A DNA stretch of 64,000 nt, from positions 36,766,001 to 36,830,000 of the forward strand of contig OZ024744.1 of assembly GCA_964016885.1 (NCBI GenBank). The letters are read 5' to 3'. The notes under the pieces are model-generated. The model had not been told where the DNA came from. It did no database searches and worked only from the letters and a program-made list of their open reading frames with translations. Each line of letters begins with the position of its first letter. Position 1 is the first letter of the stretch. This document shows positions 53,131 through 64,000 of the stretch, in pieces. The position numbers and the translations under genes were made by a program. This DNA is from Eledone cirrhosa (lineage: Eukaryota).

Positions 53131-53359
53131 AGAAGAAGAAGAAGAAGAAGAAGAAGAAGAAGAAGAAGAAGAAGAAGAAGAAGAAGAAGAAGAAGAAGAA
53201 GAAGAAGAAGAAGAAGAAGAAGAAGAAGAAGAAGAAGAAGAAGAAGAAGAAGAAGAAGAAGAAGAAGAAGAAGAAGAAGAAGAAGAAGAAGAAGAAGAAG
53301 AAGAAGAAGAAGAAGAAGAAGAAGAAGAAGAAGAAGAAGAAGAAGAAGAAGAAGAAGAA
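53131..53359. repeat. Pure (GAA)n microsatellite
   Basis: Uninterrupted triplet run. Confidence 0.98.
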
Positions 53360-53873
53360 ACCTTTGATACCAAACCACCTAAAACCACTCCTGGTTCTAT
53401 GTAATACTGTTTTATTTTATTGTGTTTATCTAAAAATATTCCATGATAATTTTGAATAAAAACCTTCCCAAAGACGAGCATGAAAGTGGGAAAGTTAGCT
53501 ATATGCGATAAATTATAGATTATTTTCAAAATCATGGTCAACGTGTTTCATTAGAATTATTGTAATGAATAGGTTATTTAAACGATTGACTTATATATCT
53601 TGATCGTTTTCATTGTACATTTGATGATAATGAAAGTTAATCCAAAATGAGTTTTAATGATTTTGTTAACTTTTCTTTGCTACAACATTTTTAGCTTTGA
53701 GTTTGAAGAAAAATAAAAAGAATCGGAGCGAAATTAGAATGAATACAACAGAACACGTTGGTAAGTTTCAGAGTACAAGAGGTCTATACATAGGAAACAA
53801 ACAATCTCTTTCTACAAATTCAACCTTCGAATAACCAGCATGTTTTAAAGACGCTGATAAAGGAAAGTATAGT

Positions 53874-53921
<48 letters not shown>

Positions 53922-54334
53922 TTTAGAATATTGTATATCGTCGATTTCTTTCTCGGCATCATCTAAATTTTGTTGTTATCAAACAATTCAGTTCGAACAA
54001 TTTCCAAATTATAATTGTTTGGAAATTATTTAATTAATTTCATAGCATCTAAATATTTCTTCCAGGCAAAATACTTCCTCCGCCAGAATTAAATATCATC
54101 GAGTCTTTCTATCAATCTCTGCATATTTTAACGTTCATGTTATCGCATTGTAAATATTTTCTGCTGTCATTGTTTCTAATTCTACTAAATTAAGAAACAT
54201 TCTTGGCGAACAACCGCCAAATTCATATTTAAAAAATAAATTACAGGTGCAAATTTGTTATTTCTGTATTAATAGCAATAAGCCCTTTTTACAAATAGAG
54301 ATGCAGAAATTCACGAATACAAACAGTACTCTGA

Positions 54335-54532
54335 ATTGATAGGGTCGGACGCCATGCTTTGCAGCAAAGAGTTACGGCCCTTTATAGTCTGAGTTCAAAT
54401 CCCGCCGAGGTTAACTTTGCTTTTCATCCTTACGGGGTCGATTAAATAAAGTACCAGTCACGTACTGGGTCGATATAATCGAGACCCCCAAAAAAGATTA
54501 CTGGCGTTTTGCCTATACTAGAAATCAATATT
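54335..54532 (+). mobile_element. SINE family A
   Basis: B box, core and tail. Confidence 0.85.
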
Positions 54533-54917
54533 AGTTTGGAGTTCTAGTTCGACCTACTTTATCAAAATGACCGTTCCTTTTTGCTACGCTGTAAATATGA
54601 TAATATTTTAATGGCTAGTTTTAAATTTGTGTTAATATTGCTAAAATATTTAATTTTGTTTTCTTAATTTTCTAGATTTATAACATTTGTGCGAGGTTTA
54701 AAAAAAAATATTTCCATTATTATTTTTTTTTTTTTACTATATGTGAAGCTTGCTGAATATTTTCTCGAGTTTATACACGGTAACTTTATATGATTGCTAT
54801 TCCGAAGAAATATGGAAATATTTCATTTTAAAGATTCCTAGATATAAATTATTCGCACAATAATAATAGCCAAGTGTTCTGGGTTTTTAAACCAATCCAT
54901 CATATATATATATATAT

Positions 54918-55593
54918 ATTCACATGAATCATCGAGCGCTTGCCACACATATCGGATGTTGATTTTCGTTAATTCCTGAGCTGAAATACGATTCTCGCTA
55001 ATTTATATTTGTATTAATCTCCAGAGTTATTGAGCAGTTAATTTTATTGATTTTTTTAGTTGCTTCTATTGACTGTTGAATAGCTCAGTTATTTTTAACC
55101 ACTCTGTCGAGAGCTTTATTCGATTTGTGATATTTTGCAGTCTCGCAATATTATACACAACTGAATCATTCGTATAATAGAGGTGTTGCCTCCCTTGCTG
55201 AACTCCACGTGGGGTCAGTAATAGACACTCTTATCTATAGCATCCTAGAACAAAACCCGTTGATAACACGACTTCATCGTTCATCATCTTACCTGAAGCC
55301 AGACATTCTTTATGGAGGCGGACAGTACCTGATTTTGGAGTCGCAGAAACCAATACTGGATTTTACCATCAGTCCAGAGTCCGGGAAAGTATCAACACAT
55401 ATATTTTTATTGTTTGACCCGAATTACTTGGTCGTTTGTTTTGGCTGTGCGGATGATATGTTTAACCATCATCTCAGTGTGTTTGGTCCTTAACGTATGT
55501 TGTAGCTCTGATTCACATGAATCATTGAGCGCTTGCCACACATATCGGATGTTGATTTTCGTTAATTCCTGTGCTGAAATACGATTCTCGCTA

Positions 55594-55601
<8 letters not shown>
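54918..55601. repeat. 91-bp direct repeats bounding a 593-bp-period unit between two (TA)n tracts
   Basis: 54918-55008 is nearly identical to 55511-55601. Confidence 0.88.
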
Positions 55602-55642
<41 letters not shown>

Positions 55643-57189
55643 GAAAAAGTGCTTGATCATATTTCCAGCAATCTGGCAATAAATTCAAATTTTCAGAATT
55701 ATGATAAACACCCTCCATTGTAAACGAAGAAACATTTTCATATGACTCACCATTCACAATATTAATATTATTGACTAGTAACTTGGTCGTTGTATTGTAT
55801 AACCAATCATTCATATGTTTATGACATTTTATTGTGAAGGTCTAATTACACAATATCAAAATAGGGTAAATTACAGTAGCTTATGAAACTGCTGATAGTA
55901 TGTCGTGTAAATTACAAACAATATGAAGTTCAGAATATTGTTAAAGTTTATCCACCATGAGTTGTGTGCAATATATTATCCTCTCTTTCTTCCCCGCCCC
56001 CCTATCTCTCTCTCCTGTCACCTGACTATGAAAAATGAAACCAAAAGTTCAAGTTACGGAATGGTTTGATATGAGGAGGGGTATGTGGAGGGATATAGCC
56101 AAGTAAATGTTTTTGTGTAAGAGAGAGATAATCTAAGGTGAAGAGAAAGAAGAAAATGAGTCAGAAATGTTAGACACAGTACAGAAGTTAGATATATCCG
56201 CAAATAAAAATAACCCGCATGCACTCGAATATAGTGCGATTTTTGGACGATCAAATGTTTACGCAAAATAAAGGGAGTCGCAACATGCACAAGTATGTAT
56301 TGCCTGGTGTGGTATTCAAACACTGTACTGTAATAAAACAACTATACTAAATTAGAATAACTGATCTGAACCATAGCGTCGCATGGACAGTATTTCATTG
56401 ATGTAAAATATCTGCGAATAAAGAAGACGCAGATTTAGATTTAATTAAGTACACAACATAACTTCGGTTAATTCTTCATTCGTGAGCATGGCAAATACTG
56501 ACGGTATTTACAAAATAAGACTAGAATACTGACAAAAGAAAAACTATATTAAGTGTATCAGAAATATAGATTTTCTGCAAGCAGAAACCTATTATAAAAT
56601 ATATACATAATAAGTCTATGAAAAATATTTGTGTTAGATAAATGAAAATATTCACAACTTTGTTTCTCATGCAGAAAATTGACCACCTAACATGTATTTT
56701 ACAAATACAGTAGCTGAGTAAAGCAGTAAAATTACATTTAGAAATGTGTTCCTTTCTTTGAAAGCAGCTTGGTGCCTTACAAGAATAAATTAAAACAATT
56801 AGAAAAAGTAGAAAAACTTACGTACGTACATACAGGTACACATACATGCAATAATACATACATTTATACATTCACATGGACATACATGCATATACACACA
56901 GACACACATATATACATACACATATATATGCATTCATACACACCTACATTTCAAGAATTGCCAGGACCTAATCCCCTCTCACACATGGAATATTCGAACA
57001 TGACATGTTAGCCCTCCAAGCAATTACATTCCTTTCTGTATATGCTGCAGTGATGAACATTATACTACCTCTGGCGCACTGCTTCGTTTTGGTGAGCTTT
57101 GAAATGACGCCAGAATCCATCGACCAAGGCACATTTTCTCCCACACTTCCAATAGGAAGAAATGTAGAAAAAAAACATAACCGACGTTA

Positions 57190-59870
57190 TGTATGTGGCT
57201 TCACTGACGATTTCTAAGACAAGCTTCACTGAGGCAAACCCAGCCACACCCAATGCACGCAAAGTCTGAAAATTCAGGTGTATAATAACGTGCAGTCCCT
57301 TACGCAGACCTCTCTTCAATTGTTCATGCTCCACACGAGATTTTTCAAATTTCTGTTTTCCATTAAACATTGTTTTCCTCTAGGATGTTCGATCTAAAGC
57401 AATGTCTTTCGAATTATATTCTCTGTTTTTTTTTTTACTTTATCAAAGCTCTTTGTGGCTTAGGTTCATACCCTGGCCTTGGTCGATTGTGTTTGACAAA
57501 CTCCCCGCATGGAAACTGCTTAAGAGTACGATGATCGGGCCTTCTTACAACATGGCCGCTCCAACGCAATCTATATTGAATTATGAGAGATTCAATATAT
57601 CAACAAGAACTTTGTCCCAGCACCTCAATGGTATTCATATGCGATTGCAAATGGATACCGATCATTTAGCAAAGACAATGATGATGAAAAGGATCAATCA
57701 TTTTTATAGTTCGATTGTATATGACCGATGTGGGATATGTATATAACAATGAAGACAATACACATTTTCTGTAGACCTTTAACATTTTATCAATGGAGGT
57801 CCCACGTCGATACGAGAGACGCCCATCTAATTTACCAAGAGAATCACTTGGTTTCTATAGTCCTAAAGATATTCCATCGTCAAGGGAGTTTGTCGTGTTA
57901 ACTGTGCTGCATAAATATACAGATTTAACCACAACATTCAATGTTTTGCCATACACATAAATGCTAGTCTCAGTGAAACCCTTGCCTTGAGCAGGTTGAT
58001 ATATGACAACTTCCTTGGACAGACTGATTGTCAGACCCAATGCGCTGCATGCCTCCGAAAGAGAGCTTTATATTACTCCCAAGGCGAGCAATAAGATCAC
58101 AATCATTTACGTACAAAAATTTGCTTATTAAAAAAGTCTAACGATACTTTATACAGATTCCATGTGAAAAGTCCTCAAATGCTATAAGGAAAACCTTAGA
58201 GAAATACAGTGCAAATACAGTAGGTGCTGACATATCCAATTGTTTTACCCCATTTTCAACAAAATGGGTATGTGGCAACTGTCTACCTATATTGATACAA
58301 GCTTACATACCATTAGGAAAACCACACAGAACTGATACGAACTTTTCAGGACAATCGAGTCTAGTCAGAATCTTGTATAAGACAGTTCTATTCACAGTAT
58401 CAAAGGCCTTTGTCAAAGACAGCACAAATCAATTCCCTGTTCAATAGAGAAGATCATGTCTGCTCTCCTTCTGCCACTTCTAAAGCCAAATTGCGACTCA
58501 GGAAGAACATTGCCAGTGATGTTATCAAGCAATCTGTCCAGCATGGCTTTCCCACAAGTAACAGGAGTGCTATCTCGCGATAATTACCACAATAATATTT
58601 TGCAACGTTTCCATTATAGAGCTGCACCTTACGTATCAGGTTTGTAAGACGTCGAAGAACGTTTCGACTTCTATATTCCAGTATCTCAGCACAAATAACA
58701 CGCCTCATTGGCAATTTTCCATTTTTGAGTTGTTTTTAAGCATTTGGATTGGCAGTATCGGTAGAGGGTCGGACGCCATGCATTGACGCATAGAGTTACG
58801 GCCCTTGCCATTCTGAGTTCAAATCCCGCTGAGGTTAACTTTGCCTTTCATCCTAACATGGTCGATAAAATAAAGTACCAGTAATGTACTGGGTTATTGC
58901 TGGCCTTGTGCCAAAAGTAGAAACAATTATTGAGTTGTTTTTCAGCCACTTCCACCTCCTCCAAAGTAGGACTTTCTGCTAGTATATCATTTGTAGGCCA
59001 ACTAGAAATTGAGAAAATGAGCTCCTCATTTACCTGAGAAGGACTATTAAAAAGTTCATGTTCCCTTCATCTGAAAATGTTGTTATTTAGGTCTCTAAAC
59101 TATTCGTTGCCTTTTGGATATTTCAGAGATGCAATTGGAGAAGAATAAGGACCACAGACTTCTCGTAATAAGTTGTAATGTAGCTTTGTTTTGTTGGCAT
59201 CAGCTGCACTCTGAATCTCTTTCGATTTACTTCTCCACCATGCATCTTGCATGCTACAGAGTTTGTGCAGTAATTAGCCTTCACCACCTTCTATAACGTT
59301 TCACTCTATCCAGCTCCTTGCCCTCTCATCATAACTATCTTCTTTTCATAAACTAGCACTTGAGTCTCTTCCTTATTTCCCTTAAACCAAACCTGAGGTT
59401 TCCAATCCATAAAACAAAGAAAAGAGACCGAACTATCATAAATCAAAGTTTTGAAATCTTTCCCATGTGTCATCACATTGAATCTTGTCTCGTCTTCTCA
59501 CCAGCTCATCTTTTATTGAAGCATTTTAATTAGAAGGACAATATTGGATTTCATTGAAACAACAATACCACTTACTCGTATTTTCGGCTTCAATAAAAAT
59601 GCTACCTTAGTACAAACAAGAGGATTGTTTTGTCCACCACTCAGCTCCTCGCAACACACAGGACCTCAGATGTCTCGAAATGCCTACGCACAAGAACAAA
59701 ATCTGTCATGTGCCACTGCTTTGAACCTGGATGGATCCAGGCTGTCTTGTGCTTCTGCTTGTGCTGGGAGAAAGTATTAGTTATACAAAGACGTGGCTCC
59801 TGGCATATTTGCGATCCCATGTTTACCAATCACATCTCAGGTTCTATGGTCCTTTCTAACCCTAACATAA
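57190..59870 (-). mobile_element. Degenerate RTE (BovB-like) LINE
   Basis: LCITNTF.QHK..HKT.WIHPGSKQWH..DFVLVR (APE end), NYR.IALL..VGK, KAFD, LTIS..K..VIYQP, terminal C-x2-C finger remnant. Confidence 0.8.
58746..58931 (+). mobile_element. Full-length SINE family A nested in the RTE, with a TSD of about 17 bp
   Basis: A box and B box; TSD ttgagttgttttt(a/c)agc at 58725-58741 and 58930-58946. Confidence 0.9.
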
Positions 59871-59914
59871 AAAATCCCCAAGTATCAGAATGTTTTCATA
59901 TATTTGCTCTACCG

Positions 59915-60009
<95 letters not shown>

Positions 60010-60163
60010 ACCGGACTACCTTGACTATAACTAGACGGTCACTAGTCACTAGTTTCGAATTGTATGACTTTCGTAACGTTTTTCCACAAAAAGTGTATGG
60101 ATTGATTTGGGCCAGTAAAAAGTAATGAAGTGCTTATGTGATCTTCCCCACACATGCACCATA

Positions 60164-60375
60164 CTTTTGTTACAGCAGTAGCTGAGAGATAACAATCGAC
60201 AATTGTTATCAACTCACCAACTGATGAGAATACATAGTATTCTCAAATGAATACATCGGCTAATTAGCCTCATTTGCATACCGAGCAAATTAGGGCCGGC
60301 TGTGACAAGGAGCAAGACCCTTGAAACATTTGACAATTGTCGATTGTTTTCTCTCAGTTATCGGTCGAACAAAAG
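60164..60375. mobile_element. MITE-like foldback
   Basis: 60182-60206 is inverted relative to 60333-60357 (24 of 25 match), with weaker outer arms. Confidence 0.6.
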
Positions 60376-60439
60376 GATGACGTCATCATTTACCACGTGG
60401 TGGTTTATAATGCCGTTTACTTGTAAACAAACCGAATGA

Positions 60440-60540
60440 TAATAATTGTTTCTACTTTTGGCACAAGGCCAGAAATTACCCTAGTGCATTACTGGTACTT
60501 TATTTTATCGACCCTGTAAGAATGAAAGGCAAAGTTATCA
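60440..60540 (-). mobile_element. SINE family A, 3' half
   Basis: Tail plus core on the minus strand. Confidence 0.8.
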
Positions 60541-60887
60541 TGGTATAATAATAATATTATTATAATTCACTCACGAATACATTTAGGTATCCGCCATGTT
60601 AAGAGCGAAAACAAATTTTGTTTTTTTAAACTCCGACAAAGCTGGCGGTAAAATCGCTTGATATACAAATTAAGCTAATCAGCCGATGTATACATTAGAG
60701 CATACTATGTATTGTCAGCAGTTCCAGTGGGTAGCAATGACGAGAATACACAATCTTGATAAGGAGCAAACACTTCATATAATTATTATTCACGAATATA
60801 TATATTCACGAATATATATAAGAGAGAGACACAAAAAAAAGGAAAAAAAAATATTTTTCTTCCCCATAATCGTCTCTTTCTCCCTGT

Positions 60888-60937
<50 letters not shown>

Positions 60938-62088
60938 ATTTACATATAGACAAACTAAACAAAGTCACATATATATATGTTTTGGCAACCATTCAGAATG
61001 TGGCTCAATGAAGAATTCATAAATTAAATAATTGTTTCTAGAGAGCAATGTATCTCTATATATATAAACGGTAGATATCTCTGTGTGTGTGTGTATGATT
61101 TTTATGCATTTCCACATTTCTCTACCGATTTTGATGATTCTTTTCCAATGTGCTCCAAATTTACCAGGGCAGGTCAACACGTAATTAATTTTGCCAAACA
61201 TTTCCTGCTTCTATGAAAGAAAATTGATAAAACTAAATACATGCTGTAACCCTCTCTCTTACAAGCTTCATACCTCTCACTACCCTCAATCTCCTCCGCA
61301 ACTCTCTTTAAAAGGTTACTGCCTCCGTCTCTGAAGGAACGCGACACAAACTTTGATAACCCTCTCTCTTACACGCTTTATTTCTCTCACTACTCTCAAT
61401 CTCCTCTGCAACTCTCTTTAAAAGGTTACTGCCTCCGTCTCCATTACAGTTTATAACAACGACAAATCTTCTCTCTCTATAATAGATTATTCACCCTCTT
61501 CGTTCGTCATACATCAAATATCAAAATTTAAAAAGCCGATAACACTAAATACATACTGCTCTCTCAACTTTACATTTTACATCAAATAAAAAATATTCAA
61601 AAGCAACAGATGAATTTATAAAACAACAAACGTAACAATAACGACGCTTAAGCGTTCATTTACTTGAATCTCAACAAATACATTATATTTTATTGTTGTC
61701 CTTTTTGTAATTTTTCTTTCTTTGTTTTTCTCAATATGAGACAAAAAATTAATGAGAAAACTTTTTTAACGAATATCCGATTTCGAAGATTTATTTTCCA
61801 GTGTGCTCCAAAATAACGCCCCTGATTACACTCTTTTGTGCTATAACTCAGACAGGCTTGGCTTACAAGTTTGACCTATTATTTGACGTGCATTCTTCAT
61901 AGATCTTACTTAGTACTCACTTTCCACTTACTCACCGTTCATTTGAAAGTTTTGGCTACTCCCCCTTTCATGCTCCATTACCTGCATAAATATTTATGTG
62001 TTCAGTCCTGCTAGAATATAGTACTCACTTTAAACTAATTCAAAGTTCATTTGAAAAGTTTCGCTAACAAACACATGAATCTACGGTC

Positions 62089-63167
62089 ATGCTACCCCAA
62101 AAAGACCACGACTTAATCGCCAAACTAAAGCAGCTTCTGCTGCCAAACGAAGAAGAGCTACAGAGTTGTCCGTAGAAAAATTGACTCGGTTGTCACAAAA
62201 TGCAACTCGAAATGCAATTACTCGGGCAACCGAGAATGAAAAAAAGAGGAGCATCCGCCTTTCCGGAAATGCATTTGTAACTGCAGGTGCACATGCAGCG
62301 CAAACTGATGAACAACATTTTCGACGACGAAGCAAAAGTGCGGCCTCCACTGCTGCGGCACATGACGGTGAGGACGAAGAACACCGTTACAGTCGACGAC
62401 GAAGAGATGCCGCCTCAACTGCTGCGTCACGTGCTGCTGAAGACGAAGGGCAGCGTTCCAGACGCCAACGTACGGACGCCGCCTCAACACCTTCCGTTCG
62501 CACATCAGAGACTGCGCAAATTCAATTACAAAGGCTAAACGCCAACGCACTCCGCAGGAATGTTAAACAAGGTACACAGAGGATCAGTTGCACTCAGTGG
62601 TCTCATAAGGCTTTCCACTATGACCCAACAGTAAACTATGTACTGATGCCATAAGTTCAGATTGGATCCATGTCTGTCATTTGCCAATATTTTCGGGCAA
62701 AATAATGGCCTGGGGAGACTTCAGGGATGTGCTGCTCTGACGGCAAAGTGAAACTGCCTCCTCTACAGGAACCACCACAACCTTTGAAGTCTCTACTGAC
62801 CGGTGCCACAGCGGAGTCGGAACACTTCCTTCGATGTTTCAGGAGATACAACGCTGCCTTCCAAATGACCTCTTTCGGAGCTAACATCAAACGCGAGGAC
62901 GGCTTCATGCCTACCTTAAAATTTCAAGGACAAATTTACCACAGAATCGGTTCGCTACTGCCCACGACAGACGGACAGCCCCAGTTCCTACAGCTATACT
63001 TTGTCACTGACTATTTGGACCAAGCGGAACGACGCGCTTCAATTTCGCCTGGCACAGACATGAAACTTCTGTTGCAATTCCAGAGAATGCTGCACGAAAA
63101 CAACAACTACATTCGCAGTTTTAAATGCGCATTGGAGGTTGCTCCGCTGCCAAATTTTGCTGTTTAG
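62089..63167 (+). pseudogene. Helitron RepHel N-terminal region
   Basis: MCCSDGKVKLPPL, YNAAFQMTSFGA, QGQIYHRIGSLLP, PQFLQLYF, LQ.MLHE.N.YI..FK. Confidence 0.9.
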
Positions 63168-64000
63168 ACGATGCAAGCTTATCGTTTGGGACGAATGCAC
63201 GATGGCCCACAGAGGTGCTCTTGAGGCGCTCGATAGAACTCTGAGAGACATCAAAGACTCTACGGCTCCCATGGGAGGCATACCACTTCTTCTTTCAGGG
63301 GACTTCAGGCAAACGCTTCCCGTTATTCCTAAGGGGCCTAGAGCTGATGCAGTACGTGCGTGTCTTAAGTCATCCGCGTTGTGGCCCCTGGCGAAGACTC
63401 TGAAACTTCACACTAACATGCGTGCTCATATGCGAGGTGATATCGCATCAGCAGCATTTTCTCACACCCGCCTTGCACTTGGCAAAGGCAAAACGCCCGG
63501 GGATGAAAAGGGTAATATTGCCATCGACTCACTTTGTACCGTTGTTAGTACGCCTTCTGATCTCAGGGATGCAGTGTTCCCAGATCTCCAAGAAAATTAT
63601 CAGAATATGGATTGGCTTGCACAAAGGGCTGTTAACCATATTAATGATCAAATGCTAAAACTCATTCCTGGGGATGGCTACGTATATAAGTCTATCGATA
63701 GAACTCCTGATCCAGAGGACGTTATCAACTATCCAATAGAGGTACTAAATTCCTTTGAGCACCCCGGATTACCCCCACACATTTTGAAACTTAAAGTTGG
63801 TGCCCCTATAATGCTTATTCGAAATTTGAATCCGCCGAAACGATGCAATGACACACGTTTGGTCGTTAAGTCCTTAGCTCCCAATCTGATTGAGGCCACG
63901 ATAATCACAGGGTGCGGCCGGGGCAAGGTTGTGCTCATACCAATGATGCATCTTTTCCCATCAGGAGCAGACCTACCTTTCACATTTCGGAGGTCCCAGT
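63166..64000 (+). pseudogene. Helitron PIF1-like helicase (motif II onward)
   Basis: LIVWDECTM, GG..LLLSGDFRQTLPV, L.TNMR, YP.E.LNS...PGLPPH.LKLKVG.PIMLIRNLNP, LPFTFRRSQ. Confidence 0.9.

Larger units (their letters stand above)
61053..64000 (+). mobile_element. Internally deleted Helitron, continuing past the window end
   Basis: A|TCTCTATATATATAAA 5' end; RepHel N-terminus followed directly by helicase motifs. Confidence 0.88.

Noticed and set aside
52982-53404. 140-aa poly-Glu ORF
   Set aside because: Open only because of the (GAA)n tract.

Overview
AT-rich, microsatellite-saturated eukaryotic non-genic DNA; the SINE families and repeat content suggest a cephalopod or other mollusc (inference). 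No intact host gene is visible and most of the supplied ORFs are simple-repeat artefacts. The window is a mosaic of decayed mobile elements: three Penelope-like elements (PLEs, RT and/or GIY-YIG), a near full-length R4/Dong-clade LINE with a restriction-like endonuclease, a CR1-group LINE, several RTE LINE fragments, two internally deleted Helitrons plus non-autonomous Helitrons, many tRNA-SINE copies, MITE-like foldbacks and a probable Gypsy integrase scrap. The main hidden signal is RNA-level. At least seven unrelated type I hammerhead ribozyme (HHR) motif families can be folded by eye. Most lie in inverted-repeat (foldback) insertions next to (TA)n tracts, with the ribozymes reading outward. 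They include a U3-A8 core variant (42.5 kb), a large stem II insertion variant (27.3 and 29.3 kb) and a fully canonical HHR inside a terminally redundant ~520-bp retrozyme-like unit (33.1-33.7 kb). A second notable pattern is that every copy of the R4/Dong element sits in (TATG)n. All alignments and foldings were done manually, so element boundaries are approximate.
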